Source of the DNA: a virus
Taxonomy: Duplodnaviria; Caudoviricetes
IMG/VR virus record: IMGVR_UViG_3300020576_003018
Coordinates: 1-64,000 of that record
DNA length: 64,000 nt
Direction: 5' to 3' (one strand)
Shown here: positions 38,130 to 48,018 of the stretch, in pieces
Layout: every line of letters starts with the position of its first letter
Position numbering within the stretch: the first letter of the stretch is position 1
Program-made: the position numbers and the translations under genes
Notes under the pieces: model-generated
Told to the model about the DNA's origin: nothing
Database searches by the model: none
What the model saw: only the letters and a program-made list of their open reading frames with translations

Positions 38130-38506
38130 GAACAATGGAATGGTTGTTGTGGAACGAAGAGGGAGAAAGAGAATGTTTTCGAACAGAGGAGATGGATAAA
38201 CAAGCTTTGTTTGAGAAGATTTATGATGTTGTTGTAGAGGAAGGTGGAGATGGAGACATGGCTGTCGTGTTTTCTCCCGAAACTCATTGCCATCGAGAAA
38301 TCGCAAATGATTTTCAAGTGTTTCTTGAAGAGAAAGACCCAGGTGAGTGGCACCGATGGAACATGAGGGTTGGAAGTGACATTCACTTTTCCCGAGATCA
38401 AGAGCGGTTTACGTTTGCTAATGACGATCATTTTTGTGAATATGGCGAACAGTTGACAGGGTTCCAACCCGTCTCAAACAAGGTTGTTGTTTATGAATCC
38501 CTCTGA
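38126..38506 (+). CDS. Acidic hypothetical protein
   Basis: 126-aa ORF coupled on both sides. Confidence 0.65.
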   Translation: MRTMEWLLWNEEGERECFRTEEMDKQALFEKIYDVVVEEGGDGDMAVVFSPETHCHREIANDFQVFLEEKDPGEWHRWNMRVGSDIHFSRDQERFTFANDDHFCEYGEQLTGFQPVSNKVVVYESL

Positions 38507-38756
38507 GATTTTTGCCACGAATCCAGTTGTTGGTCGGTTGTACCATGTGCGTGCTAATCCACTTTTACTACCATCAAGTGTGAAAATGGTTGTGGTTTGT
38601 TACCTTGACAATGGCGAATATTTGGCTGCTGGGAGTGGGAAATCAATGACCTATTCCGGTCTCTGTGTTTTCGAACCTGGGGTCGTTGAAAAGAGTGGAT
38701 ACGAAATCCCACACACGATGATTTGGCTGGAGGAAGTGAAAACGGAGGAAGAGTAG
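38493..38756 (+). CDS. Small paralog-family protein (GKLY subgroup)
   Basis: PVVGRLYH...WLEEV. Confidence 0.7.
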   Translation: MNPSEIFATNPVVGRLYHVRANPLLLPSSVKMVVVCYLDNGEYLAAGSGKSMTYSGLCVFEPGVVEKSGYEIPHTMIWLEEVKTEEE

Positions 38757-39064
38757 TGAAAACAGAACACAGGCCAGTTCCTGGGAGGCTTTATCGGGTT
38801 ATGAAATGCCCCGATAGTCACAATGATCACATAAAATTGCTTGCTTTTGAGGGACCGGCGCGGATTTATGGGACCGAGTTCATTTTCAATTGGAAGGAGG
38901 GCTTCTTTCTTTGCTTGCCTCACAGAAAAGATTTGCCCGACTGTGACATGTTTTTGGTAAGCGGCACCATCAACACAGTTGTTTGGTATGGTCTTACAAC
39001 GAAGCCTAGACAGGATTGGCTGTGGCTAGAGGAGGTTTCTGTTGAAGAAGAAGAAGAAGAATAA
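38756..39064 (+). CDS. Small paralog-family protein (GKLY subgroup)
   Basis: PVPGRLYRV...FFLCLP...FLVSG...WLEEV. Confidence 0.75.
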   Translation: MKTEHRPVPGRLYRVMKCPDSHNDHIKLLAFEGPARIYGTEFIFNWKEGFFLCLPHRKDLPDCDMFLVSGTINTVVWYGLTTKPRQDWLWLEEVSVEEEEEE

Positions 39065-39368
39065 AAATCTTCCCGAAGTTGGAAAGTTGTATCGACTTTT
39101 TTGCGAGTCGGACGACGGTGTGAAGCTTTCTGTGGCTTATGGATTGAATTTGGAGGAGAATCTCCTGGTTTGCATTCCAAACGTTGTTACCAATGGAAGG
39201 CCAACGCAATCATTTTTGGTTTCGGGGACGGGTGAATTTTTTCATTGGTGCTTTGTGGACACGGAACCTGACAAACACCATCAACTGGAAGTGTGGGTCA
39301 AAAAATCCATCCATCCCAGTGGCTATACAACTTGGCTGGAGGAGGAGGTTGACACCGATGTTGAATAA
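39042..39368 (+). CDS. Small paralog-family protein (GKLY subgroup)
   Basis: PEVGKLYRL...LLVCIP...FLVSG...WLEEEV. Confidence 0.75.
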   Translation: MKKKKKNKNLPEVGKLYRLFCESDDGVKLSVAYGLNLEENLLVCIPNVVTNGRPTQSFLVSGTGEFFHWCFVDTEPDKHHQLEVWVKKSIHPSGYTTWLEEEVDTDVE

Positions 39369-39753
39369 GGTCCGGGAACACTTTTGGTTTGTTTATGCAA
39401 CGAAGGAAAAGGCATTGGAGCAGTATGGTCAATTTGTTCACGAACATGAAGACCCATATGTTTGGCTCGCTTATGTGAGTGAATCGGAACACTGGGCTAA
39501 TAATTGGATTGGCCACAAGAATAAGACACATAACAGCAACATTATTGGTCTTTTGGTTCCTGGCGACAATTTTATCGTTTTGGGAAAGGTCACAAGAGCC
39601 CACCACGAATCTCTGCGGACTGATACAATTGTTCGTGTGTTGTCGGGCAATGGGTTGGTCGGCTGGGTAATCCAGCCTCACACACATGAAGGCAGTTCTT
39701 CTTTTTTTGAGGAGATTGAGGTGTCTGACGACGAGGGCGAGTGGGGGAGTTGA
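39358..39753 (+). CDS. Small paralog-family-like protein
   Basis: PGDNFIVLG...RVLSGNGLVGWV...FEEI. Confidence 0.65.
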   Translation: MLNKVREHFWFVYATKEKALEQYGQFVHEHEDPYVWLAYVSESEHWANNWIGHKNKTHNSNIIGLLVPGDNFIVLGKVTRAHHESLRTDTIVRVLSGNGLVGWVIQPHTHEGSSSFFEEIEVSDDEGEWGS

Positions 39754-39777
39754 ACGAGTATTTACTTCCAACCAACA

Positions 39778-41236
39778 ATGTCTGCATCACCACACAGCCT
39801 TCAAACACTTCTGAAAGCCTTCATTGTCCTTGAAGCAACCAGATTCAAAAGAGAAACCAAGTCACGACTTCCCAGGTGGACTGAGAGGTTGATTGCATAC
39901 GAGCAACAAAAATCGTGTGGATGGAAACCTGTTCATTCACTTTTCAAGGTTTCCGAAAATGGGACTTTACCTCAAAAACTCATACAACACCCCAATTGGC
40001 TTCTACGCCTATCCACTCATTGACGAATCAATCAGTTCCTTTGCCGTTGAAAGACCTTTCATGATCATCGTTAAACCCAAACCGGAAGCAAGGCTTTTGG
40101 ATTTATCGAGGTATACAGAAGAACAGTTGAAACAGGATGGGGAGAAGCTGAAAACTGCTGGGTTTGATCCAAATGTTGTTGACGAGGCAACAGAAAAAAC
40201 AAAAAACTTCTGGGATTTGTCTGGGGAATCTTCTGGTTTCCCTGGTAAGAAGATTTGGGATCTCACAAGGATTTTATCTGGAACGAAGGTTGGAGAAGAC
40301 GAAGATGGTAATGATGTGACAAATCCACTTTCTTCGGGAAAGGAGGGTGGAGGTCCAACGGCACGGTGGTCTTACATTTTCTGGAAGGTGCTTGGATATG
40401 ATGGAGTGGTTGACAATAACAGTATTGGAATCATTCACCCCAACGAACCAAACCAAGCTGTGTTTTTCAACACGACGAAACTGGAAATTGTTGATGTGAT
40501 TGAGAAGGAGGGTAAGGAAGAAGGCTCATACTACCCAGCCCATAAACTTTTTTCAAAACCACAGCAAGCTATTTCTGGCGATGACTATTCTAACCAAGAA
40601 ATTGATGATTTGCAACTGACAAACGCGATGGTTCTTGGAACCGACTTCACCAACTCGACAATCAAAAATTCCAAGATGATCTTTTCTCGTCTTGGAGGCT
40701 CCAAGTTCATCAACGCCAAACTCAACAACGTTGTTTTCACCAACTCCAACCTCGCAAAAGTTAAGCTTGTTGGAGCGAGTTGCTATGAATGCTTCTTTGA
40801 TTCCTCCCAGTTTTTTCAGACTAAAGCTCGTGGTGCAAGGTTTACACACTGTAATTTCACTCGAACAACCAATAGTGAGTCTGATTTCTCCAACACGGAA
40901 ATTCGTCAGTGTTCTTTCTTGGAAGCAAATTGTTCCTACACCAGTTTTGAGAATGCCAAATTTATTGGCACGAAGATATCTGGGGGGGCTTTTCAAAACT
41001 GCAATTTCACAAATGCGGACATGAGAGGAATAAACACCGATGGGAGCGTTGGATTTGTCAATTCGAGATTCGCTGGTGCTGATTTGAGGGGCGTTGACAT
41101 GAGTGGTTGGATTTTGTATGGATCATCCTTGACAAACCTACCAAACAGGTTCGCAAAAGCCATCTACAACTCCAGTACGAAGTTTCCACCCAACCTTGAT
41201 CCAGCCGAAGAGGGCATGAGACTGGTAGACGATTAG
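39778..41236 (+). pseudogene. ART-like domain + pentapeptide-repeat fusion protein, split by a +1 frameshift in an A5 tract
   Basis: The 39778 ORF (TATTTA upstream, IVLE N-terminus) joins the 39893 ORF if one A is removed at 39908-39912. FIHFS/PIGFYAYP/GYDGVV/NEP.QAVFF motifs are followed by about 20 pentapeptide repeats. Confidence 0.7.
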
Positions 41237-41238
41237 GG

Positions 41239-41267
41239 TTGACATGAGCAAGCGGTGCTGGTACTCT
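41239..41267 (+). promoter_or_regulatory. Sigma70-like promoter, 7 nt from ATG
   Basis: TTGACA, 17 nt, (TGg)TACTCT, 7 nt, ATG 41275. Confidence 0.8.
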
Positions 41268-41274
41268 CCAGACC

Positions 41275-42144
41275 ATGAAGGAAATCCTGATCCCATCCGA
41301 CGAATATCAGATTCGTTTCTACTGTAACACCAAAACTTCCAAAACCTGCTGGTTTGATTGCAACCCAAAAGAAGACGGAACTTACATTGAAATGACCCTG
41401 TGTGAAGCGTTCCGATATGCTTCTGAGGATCGTTCGGTAAAGTGTCCCCACTGTGGCACAAGAATGCAACCAGATTCTCACATCCGACACAAAGAAAAGA
41501 CTCAGGCAGAAATCCTGGAATCAGAGCTTTGGCAGTTGACTGATGATGAGGTAGTGGAAAGTTGGTTAGATGATTACAGGGAGGCAACTAGGGCTCACAT
41601 GGACTCTCTTTCAGATGATGAGTTTTTGAAACAGGTTCTTCCGCATGAGCTTGTTTTTGTTTACGGAACCCTCAAACGAGGTTTTGGAAACCATTCATAT
41701 TTGAACGGTTCTGAGTTCCTTGGCATTGGGGTTCTTAGAGACTCAAGGATGGAACTTGTTAGTTTGGGTTTCTGCCCAGCGGTTGTGAAAGTTCATGAAG
41801 AGAAAGGGAATGGAGTTGCTGGGGAATTGTATTCTGTAAATCACAAAACCCTTCGCCGCCTTGACGCTCTTGAGGGTAATGGATTTCTATATGCCCGAGA
41901 ACAGTTCGAGGTTGATTATTACTGCCACAAAACAGAAACAACGAAGGCTGCTGTGGCCTGGGTTTATGTCCTCCTGGAAAACAACCTCGAACCACTGACG
42001 AGCGATGATCGTGTCAAGCACGTTGCTGTTGCTGACAATTCTTTCTTGTCAAGGTCTTCAAGCTGTGTTGGTCTTGATGATGCTGGGATTCAACACTGGA
42101 TCAAACAAGAGGAACTCAAAGAACCTTTTGAGTTGACCGAATAG
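41275..42144 (+). CDS. Gamma-glutamylcyclotransferase (AIG2-like) with Cys-rich N-terminal domain
   Basis: VFVYGTLKRGFGNH, VAGELY and LDALEG...Y.R motifs; N-terminal C...C...CPHC. Confidence 0.85.
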   Translation: MKEILIPSDEYQIRFYCNTKTSKTCWFDCNPKEDGTYIEMTLCEAFRYASEDRSVKCPHCGTRMQPDSHIRHKEKTQAEILESELWQLTDDEVVESWLDDYREATRAHMDSLSDDEFLKQVLPHELVFVYGTLKRGFGNHSYLNGSEFLGIGVLRDSRMELVSLGFCPAVVKVHEEKGNGVAGELYSVNHKTLRRLDALEGNGFLYAREQFEVDYYCHKTETTKAAVAWVYVLLENNLEPLTSDDRVKHVAVADNSFLSRSSSCVGLDDAGIQHWIKQEELKEPFELTE

Positions 42145-42176
42145 TAGTTACAAAAACAGGAGTATTTGAAGAACAA

Positions 42177-43514
42177 ATGAGTATGGAACAATACCGGAAG
42201 CAAATTCGTGAAATGGTTAAGAAAGAGTTTGTTTCTCGATTCACAGTGGTGAAAGAGGCTGTTTATCGCGGAAGCAACTATCCAGAGTTTTGGAATGAGT
42301 TTCCAACGGGAACCCCAACGAAAGAGGTTACACCGTCCGTGACAAAGCATGATTTTGTTCGGCGTGTGATGAAGGAGCTTAACAGCCCAACAAACACACC
42401 AGCATCCAGAATCTATCTGGAGCCGGAAGCAAGGGCAAATGCAATAGCAAGGCTCACTCCTCTCATGGATAATCCCGATCAGTTTATTGAAGAGTTGAAC
42501 AAGGAACGTGAATTGTTTTTTGGTGGTGGAAGTCTTCGTTCTTCTCCCGATCCTGTTGCAACAATTCTCCAACAGTACGCAGCAGACAAGTCTGTTTTGA
42601 AAAGTTTGTCTTCCAAGGCTGTGGCAAACTACAAACTTCGCGGTGGAGAAGAAGAGGAAGAAGAAACATCCCAGACAACTGGGTCGGAGGGATCAGGTTT
42701 TGGAGATGATGACAAACCCGCAACCGGGCACGGTGAAGGTGACAAAATCATTCGAAACATTCGTGACATGATTGCAGCAGATCCAACCGAAGTTGGAACA
42801 ACGCAAGGCGTTCACAGTCGGTTGAAGAAAGCCAAAACACTTCTCAGCAAACCAGAAGTCTTCCAGCTTATGATGTTCTTGAAAAACAAGAACGTTTCTG
42901 AGGAAGACAAGACTGATGCGCTGGCGGATCTTCAAGTGGTGAATTCTCTGGCTGACGAAGCCACAGGCAACTACACTGAATTGTTTGTGGATTCTATGCT
43001 TCCCTCACTGAAAAACATCGCTGATGTTGATAACGACGATGAGCGTTACTCTGCACTTGAAAAAGGAATTCAAACCTTTGTTGCTGGTCTGAAAAAACAA
43101 GGTGTGAAAGAGTTCAACAACAACGAACTTCCTGTGTTTGTTGATGCGCTTTCAAAAGAACATGGAGAATTTACCGTCCTTGACCTGTTGATTCTTGTTG
43201 CCAAAAACCCTGGAAAGAGTTCCCAGCACTGGCAAACTGCATTTGAGTCTTTGAAGGATTCATTCTCCAAAGAGGCAGACAAACAAACAAACTTCAACTC
43301 TCTGGGAGAGTTTATTGACGCTGACCCAGAAATGAAATCTGCAAGGAAGGAATTGTTCGACACGATTGTGAGCGTTGGTAGGCCAACAATGTCCGATGAA
43401 GAAAAGGCTGCTGCGAAAGCTGCCAGAGATCAAAAAAAGGCTGCTGAAAAGGCTGCTGAAAAAGCCGCAAGCGATGCAAGGTATGCAGCATACCTTGCCT
43501 CCAAAAAACGCTGA
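42177..43514 (+). CDS. Large helical hypothetical protein, possibly virion-packaged
   Basis: 445 aa, acidic, with a KAAEKAAEK tail. Confidence 0.7.
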   Translation: MSMEQYRKQIREMVKKEFVSRFTVVKEAVYRGSNYPEFWNEFPTGTPTKEVTPSVTKHDFVRRVMKELNSPTNTPASRIYLEPEARANAIARLTPLMDNPDQFIEELNKERELFFGGGSLRSSPDPVATILQQYAADKSVLKSLSSKAVANYKLRGGEEEEEETSQTTGSEGSGFGDDDKPATGHGEGDKIIRNIRDMIAADPTEVGTTQGVHSRLKKAKTLLSKPEVFQLMMFLKNKNVSEEDKTDALADLQVVNSLADEATGNYTELFVDSMLPSLKNIADVDNDDERYSALEKGIQTFVAGLKKQGVKEFNNNELPVFVDALSKEHGEFTVLDLLILVAKNPGKSSQHWQTAFESLKDSFSKEADKQTNFNSLGEFIDADPEMKSARKELFDTIVSVGRPTMSDEEKAAAKAARDQKKAAEKAAEKAASDARYAAYLASKKR

Positions 43515-43520
43515 TAGGAC

Positions 43521-43889
43521 GTGAAGTCAACCGTCATGCTTTCAAATGTTCTGAAACGTTTGTTCCCTTCACTTGTTGATGGGATCGACACAACCCTTCT
43601 TCACAACCTTCAATCAGATGGGCAACACTGCTCCTTTGACTTGAAGTTTGAAACGAAAGAGGATATGAACAACATGATGTTTTACATCATGAGTCTCCAT
43701 CACGACAAGACTGTCCATCTCCATTTGAAAATTGTTGGTGATGATGTGTTGCACGTTGTTGTAGAACACAAACCAGACGCCTCCAAGGATCTGTTGGAGA
43801 TTTTGGTTTACGACATTTGTGACAAAGCAAACAAAGTCTCTGCGATTCATCTTCCTTCTTCCTCTCAACCTCCAACCCTCCGACTCTAA
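43521..43889 (+). CDS. Hypothetical protein
   Basis: 122-aa ORF in a plus-strand run. Confidence 0.6.
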   Translation: MKSTVMLSNVLKRLFPSLVDGIDTTLLHNLQSDGQHCSFDLKFETKEDMNNMMFYIMSLHHDKTVHLHLKIVGDDVLHVVVEHKPDASKDLLEILVYDICDKANKVSAIHLPSSSQPPTLRL

Positions 43890-43918
43890 ACCCACAACCC
43901 AAAAGGATTGAATTTCTC

Positions 43919-44479
43919 ATGAAAGTCCAGATTGACAATCAGGGCAATCGCTTCTATGTTTCAGATGGAACCCCAGAAATCGTTTCGCCAGAGCAACCTC
44001 CTCTTCCTCCTGTGAAATCAGAAACAGAGCCTCTCAGGGCTTTGTTTTTTAACAGTGCCAAGGATTGTAGGGCTTGGTTGAAGGAATCAAAAGAGATTCC
44101 TTTGGCAAATGGTGGCGGTTACAGGGATTTTATTCCTCCAACCGTCTCCACTGATTCTCCATTGGCGGAAGTAATCCTAAACAGCTTCAAGCTCGACGAA
44201 AAAAAAGAACACGACACACTTTTTACTGTTTGTTTGTTTGATGGAGTCGTAGACACAAAGTCTCTAAGCGAAATCTACAAATCCAAGGCAAGAAATAGTG
44301 GTTCTACCGAGGCAAGACTGTTTGTCTGTTTTTCTGGATGGAGTGGAGTGGAGTTTGGCGTGTTTGAGGTTAGTTTTATGTTCTGGCATCGGTTTTCTGC
44401 CACGCCAATCAAAGAAACACCTGGGTTGTTTCAAGTAGATTTCATGTGTCGCGTTAGAAACCACTGGCTCGACTTCTGA
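43919..44479 (+). CDS. Hypothetical protein
   Basis: 186-aa ORF with AAGGA RBS. Confidence 0.6.
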   Translation: MKVQIDNQGNRFYVSDGTPEIVSPEQPPLPPVKSETEPLRALFFNSAKDCRAWLKESKEIPLANGGGYRDFIPPTVSTDSPLAEVILNSFKLDEKKEHDTLFTVCLFDGVVDTKSLSEIYKSKARNSGSTEARLFVCFSGWSGVEFGVFEVSFMFWHRFSATPIKETPGLFQVDFMCRVRNHWLDF

Positions 44480-44503
44480 TAAGGAGGATGGCTATTTAGG
44501 GTC

Positions 44504-44977
44504 ATGACTCTGAGAAAATCAATCATCGCCCTAACCCTCCTGGAAGCCGTGCAAGCCCTTCAAGAGCAACAAGCACCTCCACCACCTCCACCTGAACCAG
44601 CGGCCCCTGCTGCGCCTCCTGAGCCTGTTGCGGGGGCACCAGAAACCCCTTCCTCCGGTGGAGTTGCAACCGACGCAGAAACGGGAGAAGCCCTCACTCT
44701 TGATGCAATCCTCGAAAGGCTGAACATTATTCGTTCTGGGAAGAGTTTCTCTGATCCGGCTGTTTATGCCAATCTCTCAAACTGGTATCAAAAACTTCCA
44801 CCTGACGAACAAACAAAGCTGAATGAGTCACTGAAAACCATTGGTGCAATTGTTCAAAACCAGCAGCCGGAAATTGCTCAACCACCCGCACCCGAACAAC
44901 CGGCTGCTCCTCCAACACCTCCACCAGCAGCACCAGCAGCGTCGCCTTCTCCTCTTCCTCCACCAGCACAACAATGA
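44504..44977 (+). CDS. Pro-rich probable late/virion protein
   Basis: TATTTA upstream; TLLE N-terminus; core LERLNIIRSGKSFSD flanked by Pro/Ala linkers. Confidence 0.65.
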   Translation: MTLRKSIIALTLLEAVQALQEQQAPPPPPPEPAAPAAPPEPVAGAPETPSSGGVATDAETGEALTLDAILERLNIIRSGKSFSDPAVYANLSNWYQKLPPDEQTKLNESLKTIGAIVQNQQPEIAQPPAPEQPAAPPTPPPAAPAASPSPLPPPAQQ

Positions 44978-45234
44978 AATCACTGAGCGAAGTCCTTTAC
45001 AAGAAAACCTTCGTGAGAAGGAAACCTCAAGGAGAGGAAAACTTCGTTTATGGAGACAAGACTGTTGGTGTTGAAACCAAGAAACACTACGAAATGCTTT
45101 GCAAGACTTTGATGCACCTGGAAGCTTTGAAGAGTGTCTATCCCAGAGGTTCAGCCAACAGACACATCCTTTCTCAAACTTGCTCGCGGCTGAAAAGATT
45201 GATTGCGAGACTTGAGAAAAACCTTCTTGACTGA
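44974..45234 (+). CDS. Hypothetical protein
   Basis: 86-aa ORF coupled by ATGA overlap. Confidence 0.6.
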   Translation: MKSLSEVLYKKTFVRRKPQGEENFVYGDKTVGVETKKHYEMLCKTLMHLEALKSVYPRGSANRHILSQTCSRLKRLIARLEKNLLD

Positions 45235-45255
45235 TGGGTGAGGTTGTGGTACTCA
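45227..45255 (+). promoter_or_regulatory. Sigma70-like promoter, 6 nt from ATG
   Basis: TTGACT, 17 nt, (TGg)TACTCA, 6 nt, ATG 45262. Confidence 0.7.
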
Positions 45256-45261
45256 CGCTGC

Positions 45262-45600
45262 ATGAGTTCACTCACCCCAGAAACAGTCGTTCTCAACAAT
45301 AAAGTCTATCAGGTTGTCGCTCGGTTCTACAACGATCCAGAAATGACTGCCATCCCCTGTTTCCCACAAAACGTAAATGACTTGCCCGTTCGGACTCAAC
45401 TCGATCCAAAAACCATTGTGGAGTTTGTTGCGTTTGATGGTGAGTTCTATGTTGTCCAGCCAATGCTGGAACTCGAATTAGAGTTCGACAAGAACAAAAT
45501 TGCTATTACTCGTTACAAACGCTATGAGAATTTTGGCGGCACTGTTCTGGTTCACAAGAACTTCTTGAAGTTCTTTCTCTTGTTTAAGCCTGGGCGATAA
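45262..45600 (+). CDS. Small hypothetical protein
   Basis: 112-aa ORF after a leaderless-type promoter. Confidence 0.65.
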   Translation: MSSLTPETVVLNNKVYQVVARFYNDPEMTAIPCFPQNVNDLPVRTQLDPKTIVEFVAFDGEFYVVQPMLELELEFDKNKIAITRYKRYENFGGTVLVHKNFLKFFLLFKPGR

Positions 45601-45612
45601 GGAGATCCCAAA

Positions 45613-45909
45613 ATGGAATTGCAAGCTGGTGGTTTGTATGAGTCTTATCGCAAGGATATTTTTTTACGTCACCCCAGTAAACTCGCTTGGCAACTCGGTA
45701 AAATAGGTTGCAGATTTGTTGTGTTGGAGAAACAAGGAATTGGCAAGCAAGATTGGGTTTGGTGGCATTGTTACCATGATTCCATTCACTACTCTGTGTT
45801 GGCCATTATCGGCAGACAACATTTTGTGAAATTGACTCTTACTGTTCATGGGGACGCGGCTGACTTTAAGTTGCTGTGTGAGGGAGCAAAAGAAACCAAT
45901 GTTCATTAA
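45613..45909 (+). CDS. Small paralog-family protein (GGLY subgroup)
   Basis: LQAGGLYE...RFVVLE. Confidence 0.7.
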   Translation: MELQAGGLYESYRKDIFLRHPSKLAWQLGKIGCRFVVLEKQGIGKQDWVWWHCYHDSIHYSVLAIIGRQHFVKLTLTVHGDAADFKLLCEGAKETNVH

Positions 45910-46174
45910 AGGCGGTTTGTATGAAGTCATGGATGGCGCCTTTGAAGTCCGTTCGTCTGCTGATGGTTCCTTTCTGAGCAAATTGAATCCTGGGGACAAG
46001 TTTCTCTTCATTTCCATGTGGTGTAAAGATTCTTGTGGGTATATTTCCGGAATCAATGTTCTGACCCCAGAAATCACGGGTTTGGTTGTTTTGGTTCACT
46101 TTAACCGGATGAATCCAAAATATTGGGGTTCTCGTGTTCGTCTTTTGGCAAAACCTCATGATGAGGGACAATGA
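45899..46174 (+). CDS. Small paralog-family protein (GGLY subgroup)
   Basis: FIKGGLYE...PGDKFLFI...NVLTPE. Confidence 0.7.
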   Translation: MFIKGGLYEVMDGAFEVRSSADGSFLSKLNPGDKFLFISMWCKDSCGYISGINVLTPEITGLVVLVHFNRMNPKYWGSRVRLLAKPHDEGQ

Positions 46175-46425
46175 TGTCCGCTAGACCCAAAATAGGTGGA
46201 CTATACCGTTCCATCACATCGTCTCTCGAACTCCATCCGAGCGATGAATTTGGATTATACCGCTTCCCCAAGCTGGGTGAGATGTTTGTATTTTTGAGGC
46301 GTGAACCACAATTCCATAGAAGTGGTGTGTACCTTGTTTTGAGAGTTGTTGACGGAAAAACGTATTTGTGGTGCGGAAACCTTCAATTTCGATTTGAACC
46401 TGTTGAGACAGAGGAAATACTTTGA
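46171..46425 (+). CDS. Small paralog-family protein (GGLY subgroup)
   Basis: PKIGGLYR...GEMFVFL...VVDGK...FEPV. Confidence 0.7.
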   Translation: MMSARPKIGGLYRSITSSLELHPSDEFGLYRFPKLGEMFVFLRREPQFHRSGVYLVLRVVDGKTYLWCGNLQFRFEPVETEEIL

Positions 46426-46913
46426 TGCCAATTCTAACACGAACAACGCCAATCCCCAAGACGCAAGAGGATTACTACAATTTCCTCAATGCACATTACT
46501 TCAATCTTTTCGGGAATCATTACCCAGACGCTTGTGTCCCACTCGGCTGGCATAAGATCATCCTGTTTCTCTGCGAACAAACACAAAGAATGATTTGTGG
46601 GTATGGAATGCCGCGCAACATAGTGCTCTTTGAGCAGATCAAGGAAAAGTTTGGGAGCCTCAGAGTTTATGTTTGCATTCAGGTTGACAACAACCCAGAA
46701 GACGTGGTAGAAGGTGTGCCTCTGCCTGAAACTGTCGAACACCTTCGACTGCATGTTCATGATCTCATCAAGGTTGCGGAGAGAATGGCAGACAAAACCT
46801 GCGTTGGTTGTGGCGAAGATGACCAGCCAGTAAAATCATCCAGTTTTGGCACTTACTGTCAGGATTGTTGGCAACTCATAAACTCTCAAAGAAAGAAGGC
46901 ATTCATCCCATGA
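46422..46913 (+). CDS. Conserved phage protein (QIKEKFG.LR.Y family)
   Basis: GWHKII...EQIKEKFGSLRVY...KTCVGCG...YCQDC. Confidence 0.75.
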   Translation: MMPILTRTTPIPKTQEDYYNFLNAHYFNLFGNHYPDACVPLGWHKIILFLCEQTQRMICGYGMPRNIVLFEQIKEKFGSLRVYVCIQVDNNPEDVVEGVPLPETVEHLRLHVHDLIKVAERMADKTCVGCGEDDQPVKSSSFGTYCQDCWQLINSQRKKAFIP

Positions 46914-47965
46914 AGATTCTGGTTGGCATGTCTGGTGGTGTTGACTCTGCGGTTGTTGCTGCTCTTCTCAAGCGAGATGGGCACGAAGTTTATGGGTATA
47001 CCCTCAAGCTTCTCGAAACCACCAAGGGCGACGAAAGCGAGGGTTGCTGCACCTTCAAGGATATTCGTGATGCTCAGATGGTTTGTGATACCATTGGCAT
47101 TGAGTATCTTGTCACCAACTGGAAGAAGGTTTTCAAGACCAATGTGATTGATCAGTATGTTGCTGGGGCCAAGGAAGGGATTGCTTACAATCCTTGTGTT
47201 ACCTGCAATTCAACCGTGAAGCTTCCTGTGCTTTTTGCTGTTGCTAACCATCTCCACTGTGACATGGTTGCAACTGGTCATTACGCTCGGATCAAGAATG
47301 GCCGAATTGCTCGTGCAGCAAATCTCGCAAAGGATCAAAGCTATTTCCTTTGGGAAGCTGACCCGAAGATTCTTGAGCGGTTTGTTTTTCCTCTCGGTGA
47401 CATTCCCAGCAAGGATGACACCCGGAAGCTCGCAGAAGAGTTTGGTCTGACTTCTGTTTCAAAGAAGAAGGATAGTCATGATCTTTGTTTCTTCGAAGGC
47501 GGAACCAAGACAGAGTTTCTGGAGAAGCACATTCCTCCAGCCACGGGAAAGTTTGTTGACAACAGCACTGGCAAGGTTGTTGGAACCCATGAAGGTTTTT
47601 CCAACTTTGTTCCTGGGCAGCGGGCAAAGATTGCTGGTTCTTCTTCTCCTCGGTTTGTCTTGAAGGTTCTTCCTTCCAGCAACGAGGTGTTGGTTGGGTC
47701 GAAGGAGGATGCTGGTGTGACTGAGGTCATCATCAATCGCTCCAGGATCGTTTCTGGTGCCACGGATATTCCTCTGTGGGGTGTGATGAGGTACCGAGGT
47801 GTTCCCGCCCCTATTAAGGCGATTAGGCCTCTTCCTGGTGATCTGGACAATTCCAGGATGGTGGTTGAGTTTCAGGAGATGGTTTTTGGTGTTTCTCCTG
47901 GTCAGAGTTTGGTGTTCTATGGTGAGGATGACACCGTGTTCGGTGGTGGAGTGATCGAAAAGTAG
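46910..47965 (+). CDS. mnmA: tRNA-specific 2-thiouridylase MnmA
   Basis: GMSGGVDS PP-loop, GCC, NPCVTCN, ATGHYARI, KDQSYFL, KKDSHDLCF, GQR and PGQSLVFY...GGGVI. Confidence 0.95.
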   Translation: MKILVGMSGGVDSAVVAALLKRDGHEVYGYTLKLLETTKGDESEGCCTFKDIRDAQMVCDTIGIEYLVTNWKKVFKTNVIDQYVAGAKEGIAYNPCVTCNSTVKLPVLFAVANHLHCDMVATGHYARIKNGRIARAANLAKDQSYFLWEADPKILERFVFPLGDIPSKDDTRKLAEEFGLTSVSKKKDSHDLCFFEGGTKTEFLEKHIPPATGKFVDNSTGKVVGTHEGFSNFVPGQRAKIAGSSSPRFVLKVLPSSNEVLVGSKEDAGVTEVIINRSRIVSGATDIPLWGVMRYRGVPAPIKAIRPLPGDLDNSRMVVEFQEMVFGVSPGQSLVFYGEDDTVFGGGVIEK

Positions 47966-47983
47966 TTCAACCACATAATTCTC

Positions 47984-48012
47984 TTGTGGTTGGGTTCGGG
48001 ACATGATAGAGT
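47984..48012 (+). promoter_or_regulatory. Sigma70-like promoter (weak -35), 6 nt from ATG
   Basis: TTGTGG, 17 nt, (TGa)TAGAGT, 6 nt, ATG 48019. Confidence 0.6.
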
Positions 48013-48018
48013 CTCATC

